32,000 bases of DNA from NCBI GenBank assembly GCA_023136205.1, contig JAGLRQ010000023.1, positions 18,419-50,418 of the forward strand, read 5' to 3'. Made by a program: the position numbers and the translations under genes. The notes beneath the pieces were generated by a model. That model saw only the letters and a program-made list of their open reading frames with translations, was not told the DNA's origin and did no database searches. The stretch is from Candidatus Auribacterota bacterium. GTDB taxonomy: Bacteria; Auribacterota; UBA6266. Below, piece after piece: positions 7,995 through 16,991 of the stretch (the first letter of the stretch is position 1; each line of letters begins with the position of its first letter).

Positions 7995-8024
7995 TACGCT
8001 CGCTTGGGACAGTCCCTATTTTCT
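7967..8024 (-). terminator. probable intrinsic terminator of tRNA-Pro (long hairpin with flanking A- and U-tracts)
   Basis: agaaaatagggac (7967-7979) pairs with gtccctattttct (8012-8024). After one a/a mismatch, gtcc (7981-7984) pairs with ggac (8007-8010), leaving a 22-nt loop. On the minus-strand RNA the GC core GGGACUGUCC/GGACUGUCCC is followed by UAUUUUCUU. It lies 68 nt downstream of the tRNA 3' end. Confidence 0.5.
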
Positions 8025-8091
8025 GTAACGAAGCAGGCAAGCGCATATAAGCAACTGGAATAGATATCTGGTGTAAATTTCAAACTAAAAA

Positions 8092-8168
<77 letters not shown>

Positions 8169-8263
8169 ACATATCAAAATTTTAATGCGTTAACCAATTT
8201 GATTAGTATCTCGTATTTAGTGAATAGTATCTAGTAAAAATTTTTTATTCGTGTTCTTTGTTG

Positions 8264-8608
8264 TTATTCGTACTTGGTTGGTTGAAACAGCTTCTTCAAC
8301 GCGACAAGCTGTTTTTTTACATCAAGCAGAACTGCCTTATCCACTGCAGTAACCTTATCCTCTTTACGCAGCTCCTTTAACCTCTTCCTCGCCCCGTCAA
8401 TAGTAAACTTCTCTTCATAAAGCAGTTTCTTAATACGCAGAACAGCCTCAATATCTTTCTTTTGATACATCCTCTGTCCGCGGGGGCTCTTGGAAGGCCG
8501 CAGCTGGCCGAATTCAGTCTGCCAGTACCTGAGAACAAACGGTTCAAGGCCGCAGAGATCACTGACTTCACCAATGGTAAAATACATCTTATCAGGAATC
8601 TTAACCAT
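8264..8608 (-). CDS. MerR-family transcriptional regulator
   Basis: 114 aa. N-terminal [48 protein letters not shown], followed by a coiled-coil tail. Confidence 0.85.
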   Translation of the reverse strand: MVKIPDKMYFTIGEVSDLCGLEPFVLRYWQTEFGQLRPSKSPRGQRMYQKKDIEAVLRIKKLLYEEKFTIDGARKRLKELRKEDKVTAVDKAVLLDVKKQLVALKKLFQPTKYE

Positions 8609-8629
8609 GATATACCATCCTATTTTTTT

Positions 8630-9625
8630 CTATAAACTTTCCGGTTTTACACTTCTGGCCATTAAATCTTTAACAGCCTGAAGAGGATCCTTTCCTTTAT
8701 ATAAAATATTATAAACTTCCATGCTAATAGGAATTTCAACGTTATACCGCTTTGCAAGCTCTACGGCTGATTTGGCAGTTTTAACCCCTTCGGCAACCAT
8801 ACAGGTCTTAGCCTGAGCTTCTTCAAGGCTCAGCCCTGAACCGATTTCCCGGCCCAGCCTTAAATTCCGCCCGAATTTACTTATACAGGTTGTTATCAAA
8901 TCTCCCATACCGGCAAGGCCGAAAAAGGTTTCTCTCTCGGCTCCCATTTTAACACCAAGCCGGGAAATCTCACACAAGGACCGAGTGAGAAGAGCTGCTT
9001 TACTGTTATCCCCAAACCCCAGAGAATCACAAATACCCGCGGCTATAGCTATAACATTTTTTAAAGCGGCGGCAATCTCCACGCCGATAACATCTCTACC
9101 GGTATAAACCCTGAAACTTTCCGTATGAAAAAGATTTTGAACCTCTTTAGCGATCGCGGTATCAGAAGATGCCGCGACAACAGTTGAAGGCATATTCTTC
9201 ACAACCTCCTCAGCATGGCTGGGGCCCGACAACACCGCAATCCTGGAAATTCCTGTTTCTTCACTTATAATTTCAGACATTCTTTTTAAGGTATCGTTTT
9301 CGATGCCTTTAGAAAGACTGACACATGTCACGCCGGACTTAATAAAATCCTTACACTTAATACAAACCTCGCGCATAACATGAGAGGGCACAACAAAAAT
9401 AACAAACGAAGCATCCGAAAGCACCAAGGCAACATCATCGGTTACCAAAATATCAGCGGGAACCTTAACCCCCGGAAGAAACTTCTTATTCTCCCCGGAT
9501 TTTTTTATATCGTTAATATTATCGGGAAAAGCGCCCCACAGCCTGACATTATTTCCTTTCGAATGCAGCATCACCGCAGCCGCAGTCCCCCAGCTTCCAT
9601 CTCCCATTATCGCTATATTGCTCAT
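8630..9625 (-). CDS. gpsA: NAD(P)H-dependent glycerol-3-phosphate dehydrogenase
   Basis: 331 aa. N-terminal Rossmann IAIMGDGSWGTAAA, plus SLSKGIE and GLAGMGDLITTC motifs. Sits directly upstream of the MerR regulator gene (8264-8608) and downstream of plsY, in the usual lipid context. Confidence 0.95.
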   Translation of the reverse strand: MSNIAIMGDGSWGTAAAVMLHSKGNNVRLWGAFPDNINDIKKSGENKKFLPGVKVPADILVTDDVALVLSDASFVIFVVPSHVMREVCIKCKDFIKSGVTCVSLSKGIENDTLKRMSEIISEETGISRIAVLSGPSHAEEVVKNMPSTVVAASSDTAIAKEVQNLFHTESFRVYTGRDVIGVEIAAALKNVIAIAAGICDSLGFGDNSKAALLTRSLCEISRLGVKMGAERETFFGLAGMGDLITTCISKFGRNLRLGREIGSGLSLEEAQAKTCMVAEGVKTAKSAVELAKRYNVEIPISMEVYNILYKGKDPLQAVKDLMARSVKPESL

Positions 9626-10236
9626 TTTCCTCTCCTGGGAAAACTAAACTTATTTTCTGTCCCTTTTAAAAGACGCTTTATATTTTCCCTGTGGGTATAA
9701 ATAGCCACAAGAGCCGCAACAGCAGTAAACAAAATAACACTCAGCGGCTCATCCAAATACCACATAACAACCGGAAGTACAGCGGCAGAAACAATCGAAC
9801 CGACAGAAACAAATCGAGTCAAACACAATATAATAAAAAACAAAACAAACACCGCAATAGCAGCAATATAATTCAAAGCTACAATAACACCTACGCCCGC
9901 GGCAACACCTTTACCCCCTTTAAACCGCAGAAAGACAGGCCAGATATGGCCTGCTATAACAGCAGCGCCCGAAAGAACAACATAACTGTCAAAATAAAGG
10001 CCGCAGATAAAAACAGGCAAAAACCCTTTCAACACATCCAGTAAAAGGGTTACAACACCATAGCCTTTTCCGGCAACACGAGCCACATTCGTAGCGCCCA
10101 CATTACCGCTGCCGGACAGCCTTATATCAACACCTTTAAAAAGCCGGCAGATTACATAGGCCGTAGGAAAAGAACCGACAAGATAAGAGACAAACACAAA
10201 AAACAGAGCTTCCTTCACAAAAACCACCCCATACAC
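9622..10236 (-). CDS. plsY: acyl-phosphate:glycerol-3-phosphate acyltransferase
   Basis: 204 aa polytopic membrane protein with the GSGNVGATNVAR signature. Overlaps the gpsA start by 4 nt. Confidence 0.95.
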   Translation of the reverse strand: MYGVVFVKEALFFVFVSYLVGSFPTAYVICRLFKGVDIRLSGSGNVGATNVARVAGKGYGVVTLLLDVLKGFLPVFICGLYFDSYVVLSGAAVIAGHIWPVFLRFKGGKGVAAGVGVIVALNYIAAIAVFVLFFIILCLTRFVSVGSIVSAAVLPVVMWYLDEPLSVILFTAVAALVAIYTHRENIKRLLKGTENKFSFPRRGK

Positions 10237-10292
10237 TTTATAAATACATCATAATTTCTGCTATAATAACAGGTTATAACTAATAAACCTAA

Positions 10293-11618
10293 CTATTTAT
10301 AAATGGATTCCCTGTTGCGAAACTTAAGAATAATAGGAACACCTATTATCCCGAAAGATTCCCTTATACAGTTATAAAGATAACGCTCATAACTCTTTCT
10401 AAGATGCCTTTTATTATTCACAAAAAGCAAAAATGTCGGCGGGCATGTACCGCATTGAGTTGTATAATATATTTTCGCCCGGACTTTCTTAACCAGAGGA
10501 GGATTATGCCTTTCAACAGCGCTTTGAACCACACGGTTTATATCGGACGTAGATACCTTTATCTTCCGGAAATTATCCATCGCTTTAAAAAGGCTCACAG
10601 TCTCATCAATATTCCTGCCCGTCAAAGCGGATATAAATATCACCGGAGCATAAGACAAAAAAGGAAGCTTATTATAAAGCCTTTTTTTATAATCTTCCTG
10701 AGTAACCCCTTTAACAAGATCCCACTTGTTAACGCCTATCACACAGGCCTTTCCCTTAGAAGCAACAAGCCCAGCTATCTTAACTTCCAGAGCGCCCAGC
10801 CCCCGCTCAGCATCAATGAGGACAAAGGCTATGTCACACCTGCTCATGCTTATTTCAGCCCTCATAACGCTGTAATGCTCCACGGCATCTTTTATTTTTT
10901 TCTTCTGCCGTATCCCGGCAGTATCAATAAAAGTAAAAGCGTCCTTACCTTTATGAAAAAGGATATCCACAGCATCCCTCGTTGTCCCGGGAACATTATC
11001 AACAATAACCCTGTCCTCAGAAAGAAGCTTATTGATATAGGAGGACTTGCCTGAATTGGGCCTTCCCACAACAGCTACCTTTATAGAATTGTCATCATAA
11101 TCTTCTACATCCAGCAGAGGTAAATATGAAAGAGTTCTTTCAACAAGCTCACCTATACCATGCCCGTGAATAGAGGAAACACCAATAATGGGGTCTATCC
11201 CCATCTTATAAAAAACAACCATATCCTGCATCAACTCTTCATTGTCACATTTATTAACGGCAACAATAATCGGTTTGCCCGAACGCCTCGCGTGCTCGGC
11301 AACCTCAAGGTCAAGAGGAACACAGCCAGCCATAACATCAACAACCAGTATCAGTACATCAGCAGCCGATATCGCCACATCAGCCTGTTTCAGGATATCC
11401 GATTCTACTTTGGACCTGGCATCAGAATGTATTCCACCCGTATCAATAAGCTCAAAAACAGTATCATCATATTTAACAACCGAAGAGAGCCTGTCTCTCG
11501 TAACACCCGGTTCAGGATTAACAATAGCAATCCTCTTTTTAACGATCCTGTTAAAAAGAGATGATTTGCCGACATTAGGCCTGCCGATTACCGCTATTTT
11601 TTTTATATTTTTTTTCAT
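10293..11618 (-). CDS. der: ribosome-biogenesis GTPase Der (EngA)
   Basis: 441 aa with two tandem GTPase domains (GRPNVGKSS/DTGG/NKCD and GRPNSGKSS/DTAG/NKWD) plus a KH-like C-terminus. Confidence 0.95.
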   Translation of the reverse strand: MKKNIKKIAVIGRPNVGKSSLFNRIVKKRIAIVNPEPGVTRDRLSSVVKYDDTVFELIDTGGIHSDARSKVESDILKQADVAISAADVLILVVDVMAGCVPLDLEVAEHARRSGKPIIVAVNKCDNEELMQDMVVFYKMGIDPIIGVSSIHGHGIGELVERTLSYLPLLDVEDYDDNSIKVAVVGRPNSGKSSYINKLLSEDRVIVDNVPGTTRDAVDILFHKGKDAFTFIDTAGIRQKKKIKDAVEHYSVMRAEISMSRCDIAFVLIDAERGLGALEVKIAGLVASKGKACVIGVNKWDLVKGVTQEDYKKRLYNKLPFLSYAPVIFISALTGRNIDETVSLFKAMDNFRKIKVSTSDINRVVQSAVERHNPPLVKKVRAKIYYTTQCGTCPPTFLLFVNNKRHLRKSYERYLYNCIRESFGIIGVPIILKFRNRESIYK

Positions 11619-11626
11619 AAGAATAT

Positions 11627-12217
11627 CTATTTCCTTTTTCCCGCATCTTCCTCAGCGCTCACAGCCTGTTTTGCCCCTTCAAGCAGATAGCCAATCCCGG
11701 AAACAACGGTAAACAGCGTCGCCAGATAGACAGGTATCAAAGGGCGTGGAAATATAAACAGAAGCCAGATAACCGCGGTCATCTGTAAAAATGTTGTAAC
11801 TTTACCCAGCATACTCGGCTTAACGTTAACATCTCCGACAACCATCCACATCAGCAGCGAACCGGCAATAATAAGAGCATCTCTTGTTATGACAAGAACA
11901 GCATACCAGTAGGGAAAATGAAAATTCATCGAGGTTCCTGCCATGCTCGGAAAGGTCAATATTATAACAGCGGACATCAACAATAGTTTGTCCGCTATGG
12001 GATCAAGGATAATGCCAAGCCTGCTTTTTTGATTATAGTTTCTCGCTATAAAACCATCCAGCGCGTCAGTTATCACCCCTATAACAAAAATAACAATAGC
12101 AAGAAACCTGTAAGTCTCGGCCACGGCAGGCTCCGATACCCTGAAGTAATGGAGCATAGCCACAAAAAGCGGCACCAGGAGTATCCTTAAAACTGTTATT
12201 CTATTCGCCCAATTCAT
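11627..12217 (-). CDS. CDP-alcohol phosphatidyltransferase family protein (PgsA-like paralog)
   Basis: 196 aa membrane protein with the motif DALDGFIARNYNQKSRLGIILDPIADK (D-x2-DG-x2-AR ... G-x3-D-x3-D). Confidence 0.8.
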   Translation of the reverse strand: MNWANRITVLRILLVPLFVAMLHYFRVSEPAVAETYRFLAIVIFVIGVITDALDGFIARNYNQKSRLGIILDPIADKLLLMSAVIILTFPSMAGTSMNFHFPYWYAVLVITRDALIIAGSLLMWMVVGDVNVKPSMLGKVTTFLQMTAVIWLLFIFPRPLIPVYLATLFTVVSGIGYLLEGAKQAVSAEEDAGKRK

Positions 12218-13550
12218 ACGGAAACTCCCCGCTTTTTATAAAAGACATCGCGTCTTTAATTCTTTTTATACACGCATCCTTACCGACAGCCACAATGGTT
12301 TCAAAGATCGGAGGGCTGGCAGCTATCCCCGTAATAGAAACCCTCACAGGATGAATCAACTTCGCATTAGAAACATTCAAGGACTCTTTTAATGCCACAA
12401 AGGCTTTTTCCAGATTCTCAATACTGAAATCATCCGCGTCTTCTATAACAGAAAGAACCTTATCAAGAACATCCAAAACCCCGTCCTTTAAAAGGTATTT
12501 TTTAACAGCCTTCCGGCCATATTTAATTTCCTTCGCGAAGAAAAATTTGGTAAGAGGCACTACCTCGGCAAAAGTTTTCAACCTTTCCTGAACAAGCGCA
12601 ATAACAAATTCATATTTTTGTTTATTCTCTTCCGTATCCAGCAGGCTCTCCAAATACCCCCTGCAGTAAGAGCAAAGCTCTTTAACATCCATCTCCCTTA
12701 TATAAACACCGTTTAACCACTGCAGTTTCTTAAGATCAAATATAGCGCCTTTCTTCCCTATCCTATCAAGGCTGAATGCTTCAATTATCTCATCAATACT
12801 CATCTTCTCCCTGTCATCCCCCGGAGCCCATCCCAGCAAAGAAAGAAAATTCACAAAAGCTTTATCCAGATAACCTTCTTTGCGATAATGTTCAACAGAA
12901 GTAGCTCCATGTCTTTTACTCAGCCTGGAGGCGTCAGGCCCCAGTATTAAAGGAACGTGAGCGAATTGAGGGACTTTAAATCCAAGAGCTTTATAAAGTA
13001 AAAGCTGTTTCGGTGTATTGGAAAGATGGTCATCTCCCCTGATCACGTGAGTTATGCCCATAAGACAGTCATCAACAACACACGCAAAATTATACGCGGC
13101 AGTTCCATCGGACTTCATCAAAACAATGTCCTTTATAAAAGAACAGTCAAACTCCACCTTATCATGAATAATATCCTGAATAGCTACTTTGCCCGATTCA
13201 GGAACCTTGAAAATTATAGCTTTATGATTTCCCTTCACTTCATCCGATTCATACGCCAGGCCTTTAGCAAGCAGATCTTCCGCGTGCTTGCGGTAGATCT
13301 CTTTTCTCCCGGATTGAAAGAAAGGCCCCTCATCCCAATCTATTCCAAGCCACTTAAGGCTTTCAAAGATTGCTTTTGTAGATTCCTCAGTGGATCTCAC
13401 AGCATCCGTATCTTCTATCCTTAAAACAAGCTTTCCTTTGTTTCTTCTAACATACAGCCAGTTAAAAAGAGCCGTACGCGCTCCGCCCACATGAAGATAT
13501 CCTGTCGGAGCGGGAGCAAATCTGGCCTTAACTATTGTGGTATCGTTCAT
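12201..13550 (-). CDS. gltX: glutamate--tRNA ligase
   Basis: 449 aa. RFAPAPTGYLHVGGARTALFNW (HIGH-type), LSKRHG (KMSKS-type), and class I Glx core motifs. Confidence 0.95.
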   Translation of the reverse strand: MNDTTIVKARFAPAPTGYLHVGGARTALFNWLYVRRNKGKLVLRIEDTDAVRSTEESTKAIFESLKWLGIDWDEGPFFQSGRKEIYRKHAEDLLAKGLAYESDEVKGNHKAIIFKVPESGKVAIQDIIHDKVEFDCSFIKDIVLMKSDGTAAYNFACVVDDCLMGITHVIRGDDHLSNTPKQLLLYKALGFKVPQFAHVPLILGPDASRLSKRHGATSVEHYRKEGYLDKAFVNFLSLLGWAPGDDREKMSIDEIIEAFSLDRIGKKGAIFDLKKLQWLNGVYIREMDVKELCSYCRGYLESLLDTEENKQKYEFVIALVQERLKTFAEVVPLTKFFFAKEIKYGRKAVKKYLLKDGVLDVLDKVLSVIEDADDFSIENLEKAFVALKESLNVSNAKLIHPVRVSITGIAASPPIFETIVAVGKDACIKRIKDAMSFIKSGEFPYELGE

Positions 13551-13610
13551 TTCATCCTCTTTTCCAGTAATTTAATCTTTCTCCATTCACGAGATAGTGC
13601 GGAGCGGAGC

Positions 13611-13633
13611 ATAGCCTCCCCGGAGGGGGCTAT
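13611..13633. repeat. GC-rich near-perfect palindrome/hairpin overlapping the stop codon of the oxidoreductase gamma subunit
   Basis: In atagcctccccggagggggctat, 9 of 11 positions pair plus one G-U. No U-tract follows on the minus-strand RNA. Confidence 0.4.
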
Positions 13634-14151
13634 TCACTGTTTCTTAATCCCGCATTAAGAGCCTGAACATTCAAACGCAAAATCTTTTCACATCTTCCTT
13701 TTAAAACAACAGGAAGAGCATCTTTAATATCTTTTACAGAAAGAAATTCTTCCCGCGCAAGCAAAGCGCCCAGAGCAACAACATTAGCGATCTTCTTTTC
13801 TCCGAGCGAAACAGCTATCTCAGTAGCCGGAATATTAACAGCCCCGGGCTTTGCCGCGGCAAGCGAAGTGTTAACCACAATCAGGCCTCCTGTAACAACA
13901 TTGCCGCAAAACCTGTCAAACGAAGGCTGATTCATCGCAATAAGAATATCCATATCTTCAATACACGGAGACGCAATCTCTTCATCAGAAATTATAATCT
14001 GGCAATTCGCTGTGCCACCCCTCACCTCCGCCCCGTAAGAAGGAAGATAAGTTACATGCTTATCAGAATTCATTGCAGTCAATGCAATGAATTTACCAAG
14101 GGCAATAATCCCCTGCCCTCCAAAACCGGATATGACTATTCTTTCTTCCAT
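13630..14151 (-). CDS. 2-oxoacid:ferredoxin oxidoreductase, gamma subunit
   Basis: 173 aa. ISGFGGQGII N-terminal motif typical of POR/KOR gamma subunits. It is the last gene of a four-gene cluster. Confidence 0.85.
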   Translation of the reverse strand: MEERIVISGFGGQGIIALGKFIALTAMNSDKHVTYLPSYGAEVRGGTANCQIIISDEEIASPCIEDMDILIAMNQPSFDRFCGNVVTGGLIVVNTSLAAAKPGAVNIPATEIAVSLGEKKIANVVALGALLAREEFLSVKDIKDALPVVLKGRCEKILRLNVQALNAGLRNSE

Positions 14152-14879
14152 TTTTTTATTTCACCAAGGGGAAATGTTTTCACCAGCTCGGTTTCAATAT
14201 GTTTTACGCTTTCACAAGGCGTCATGCCCCAGTACGTAGGACATTGTGCAAGAATCTCAACAAGAGAAAACCCTCCGCCCGCAAGCTGTATTTCAAAACT
14301 CTGCTTTATTGCTTTCTTTACGGTATTAATCTTGGAAGGACTGCTGACAGCCCCTCTATATAAATACTTAACGCCTTCAAGAGGAGCAAGAAGCTCACAC
14401 ACTTTAACGGGATTGCCGGCCGTGCAAGAACTTCTCCCACCGGGAGAAGTAAGAGTCTTCTGCCCGACAAGAGTAGTAGGGGCCATCTGGCCGCCCGTCA
14501 TTCCGTAAACAGTGTTATTAACAAAAACAACAGAAATATTTTCAGACCTGTTTGCCGCGTGAATTATCTCGCCGGTTCCTATAGCCGCAAGGTCCCCGTC
14601 TCCCTGATAAGAAAAAACAAAGTTATCCGGAAGAGCCCTTTTTATCCCTGTCGCGACAGCAGGAGCCCTGCCATGAGCAGCCTCCGTAACATCAAAATTA
14701 AAATAATTGTAAGCAAGAACGGCACACCCAACCGGAGCTACCCCGATTGTTTTCTCACGGATATTAAGTTCATCTATAACTTCCGCGATAAGGCGATGCA
14801 CAATACCATGGCCGCACCCCGGACAATAATGAGTAACAATATCATTAAGAGATTCAGGTTTTTTATATAAAGTTTTCAT
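14136..14879 (-). CDS. 2-oxoacid:ferredoxin oxidoreductase, beta (TPP-binding) subunit
   Basis: 247 aa. HYCPGCGHGIV, GDGD...AIG and NN.VYGMTGGQ TPP-binding motifs. The small subunit sizes resemble the 2-oxoglutarate (Kor/Oor) type, but substrate cannot be fixed from sequence. Confidence 0.9.
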   Translation of the reverse strand: MKTLYKKPESLNDIVTHYCPGCGHGIVHRLIAEVIDELNIREKTIGVAPVGCAVLAYNYFNFDVTEAAHGRAPAVATGIKRALPDNFVFSYQGDGDLAAIGTGEIIHAANRSENISVVFVNNTVYGMTGGQMAPTTLVGQKTLTSPGGRSSCTAGNPVKVCELLAPLEGVKYLYRGAVSSPSKINTVKKAIKQSFEIQLAGGGFSLVEILAQCPTYWGMTPCESVKHIETELVKTFPLGEIKKWKKE

Positions 14880-15916
14880 TTGGCAAACTCAACAATCTTG
14901 GAAACCGACGGAATCCCTCCGCCCGTCCTTCCAAAAAAACTTACCTTTTCAGGATTAGAAACAGAAAGCCTGACATCCTCAACCATCTGCCCCGCATTCA
15001 TCTCAACACAGACAATCTTTTTCACATTTTCTGCAACCTTAAAAAGTTTATCCCCCGGAAAAGGCCACAATGTTACAGGCCTGAAAAGTCCCGCAGCTAC
15101 ACCCTTTTCCCTTAACAAATCAACTGCCTTCCTGCAAAACCTCGCGCATATACCAAAAGATGTCAGAAGGACTTCGGCATCTTCTGTTTTATATGTCTCA
15201 TACTTAAGCTCTGTTTCCTCTGCCTTTTTATATTTCTCCTGAAGCTTTTTATTATGATCTTCAAGAACCCCTCTGCCTAAAAACAACGACCTCACAAGCC
15301 TGGGAGCCCTGCCTTTACATCCCGTAATAGACCAATCACTTTTAATTCCTTTAAACTCCACCATCTCAGGAAAGACAACCGGCTCCATCATTTGGCCCAG
15401 AAGCCCATCCATTAAAATCATGACCTGCATCCTGTATTTCTCCGCGACTGAAAAAGATTTATAAGTATAATCAACAACCTCCTGAACCGTTGAAGGAGCA
15501 TAAACTATAAGCCTGTAATCCCCGTGGCCTCCCCCTTTAACCGCCTGAAAATAATCAGATTGAGCAGGAGCAATGTTCCCCAGTCCGGGGCCGCCCCTCA
15601 TAACATTTGCTATTACAGCGGGAAGCTCACATGCCGCGAGATAAGAGATACCTTCCTGCATCAAACTTATCCCCGGACTTGAAGAAGAAGTCATAGCCCT
15701 GGCACCCGTCAAAGCAGCGCCAAAAACCATATTAATGGAAGCAATTTCACTCTCAGCCTGAAGAAAAACACCGCCAACTTCATCCATCCTCGAGGACATA
15801 TAGGAGGTTACTTCATTCTGAGGAGTAATAGGATAGCCGTAATAATACCTGCAGCCTCCGCGAATAGCCGCTTCAGAAAAAGCAATATTACCGCAAACTA
15901 ATTCCTTATTCTTCAT
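14876..15916 (-). CDS. 2-oxoacid:ferredoxin oxidoreductase, alpha subunit
   Basis: 346 aa. GNIAFSEAAIRGGCRYYYGYPITPQNE N-terminal signature. 4-nt overlaps with the flanking subunits. Confidence 0.9.
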   Translation of the reverse strand: MKNKELVCGNIAFSEAAIRGGCRYYYGYPITPQNEVTSYMSSRMDEVGGVFLQAESEIASINMVFGAALTGARAMTSSSSPGISLMQEGISYLAACELPAVIANVMRGGPGLGNIAPAQSDYFQAVKGGGHGDYRLIVYAPSTVQEVVDYTYKSFSVAEKYRMQVMILMDGLLGQMMEPVVFPEMVEFKGIKSDWSITGCKGRAPRLVRSLFLGRGVLEDHNKKLQEKYKKAEETELKYETYKTEDAEVLLTSFGICARFCRKAVDLLREKGVAAGLFRPVTLWPFPGDKLFKVAENVKKIVCVEMNAGQMVEDVRLSVSNPEKVSFFGRTGGGIPSVSKIVEFAK

Positions 15917-16122
15917 TTATCATCCTCAAAAACTTCTATCACACAATCCGGACACATGAGCACACACATCTTGCATCCTCTGCATTTTTCTCCTTCATAA
16001 ACAATATAGGAATAACCTTTTTCATTAAACTTTTCGGAAAGTTTAATCGCATTATCAGGACAGACGCCGACGCAAAGGCCGCATCCCTTGCATTTTTCAG
16101 TTTTTATTTTAATATAAGCCAT
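15913..16122 (-). CDS. 2-oxoacid:ferredoxin oxidoreductase, delta subunit (2x[4Fe-4S] ferredoxin)
   Basis: 69 aa with two CxxCxxCxxxCP clusters (CKGCGLCVGVCP, CRGCKMCVLMCP). Confidence 0.85.
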   Translation of the reverse strand: MAYIKIKTEKCKGCGLCVGVCPDNAIKLSEKFNEKGYSYIVYEGEKCRGCKMCVLMCPDCVIEVFEDDK

Positions 16123-16124
16123 TT

Positions 16125-16991
16125 TTATTTTTGAGAAGTCTTAAAACTTCCGCTCCAATTCAGTTTCTCCCTCAAAATCTCAAAATACGATTTTTCGCGG
16201 GGACGCACCAGCTTAACCGAATCAACATTCTTTTCCACAACAACACTATCTTTAACATCCAACCCAATCTGTCCGTCAACAGTCAATTTCGCGCTCTCGC
16301 GAGAACCTGACAAAGAAAACTCCACCCTGGAAGATGAAGGAACAATAACAGGCCTGTTGCTTAAACTATGAGGGCATATCGGAGTAATAATCATCGCTTC
16401 CATTTTTTGGACAACAATCGGGCCTCCCGCTGAAAGCGAGTGAGCCGTCGAACCTGTCGGAGTGGAAACAATCAAGCCATCGGCATAATACTCATTTAAA
16501 ACCTCGCCATCCACAGTTACCTTAATTTCCACAGCCCTCGAAAAAGCGCCCCTGTTTATCACAACATCATTGAGGGCCTTATACTTGTTAACCACTTTAC
16601 CTTTATCCATAACGCTTATTTTAAACATCATAAGCTCAGCTATCTGATAATCACCCGATAAAATCTTGCCAATACCTTTTTCAAAATCACTCTTTGTAAA
16701 CTCAGTCAAAAAACCCAGAGAACCGGTATTTATCCCAAGCAGAGGGACACCGGCTTTGCAACACTGTCTAGCGGCTCTTAAAAAAGTGCCGTCCCCGCCA
16801 AAAACAAAGACCATATCAACTGCTTCAAGAAATCTTTCTATAGGCAGAACATCAGCGGAAACCCCCGTAATCTTTTCAGGGACAACTGATTTAACACCCA
16901 GGCCCGCGAAAATATCAACCGCCTTATTTACAAATTCGATATTTCCGAGCTTTTGAATGTTAGAAAAAATTCCAACAGTTTTAATTTTCAT
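16125..16991 (-). CDS. nadK: NAD(+) kinase
   Basis: 288 aa. GGDGTFLRA, NDVVI and STPTGSTAHSLSAGGPIV motifs. Confidence 0.9.
   Translation of the reverse strand: MKIKTVGIFSNIQKLGNIEFVNKAVDIFAGLGVKSVVPEKITGVSADVLPIERFLEAVDMVFVFGGDGTFLRAARQCCKAGVPLLGINTGSLGFLTEFTKSDFEKGIGKILSGDYQIAELMMFKISVMDKGKVVNKYKALNDVVINRGAFSRAVEIKVTVDGEVLNEYYADGLIVSTPTGSTAHSLSAGGPIVVQKMEAMIITPICPHSLSNRPVIVPSSSRVEFSLSGSRESAKLTVDGQIGLDVKDSVVVEKNVDSVKLVRPREKSYFEILREKLNWSGSFKTSQK

Noticed and set aside
7813-8046. 77-aa minus-strand ORF next to the tRNA.
   Set aside because: It spans the terminator-like hairpin, overlaps the other candidate ORF in a different frame, and has no SD or recognisable motif. It is probably non-coding.
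3400-8091. Classic integrative element (integrase plus att direct repeats) at tRNA-Pro.
   Set aside because: No integrase or recombinase ORF is present, and I could not find a duplicate of the tRNA 3' segment by eye. I report only the weaker claim of an accessory or compositional island.
8377-8574. Same-strand alternative-frame ORFs nested in larger genes: 8377-8574, 21809-22033, 23436-23627 and 28560-28775.
   Set aside because: Each lies inside a longer ORF with clear family motifs (MerR, epimerase, peptidase, OMP), and none has independent support.
10404-11054. Long plus-strand ORFs: 216 aa here, plus 2017-2445, 11242-11712, 26271-26747, 27872-28366 and others.
   Set aside because: All are antisense to strongly supported minus-strand genes (der, the kinase, Wzc, Wza). 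Their translations are low-complexity with no motifs. These are the typical antisense open frames produced by codon bias.
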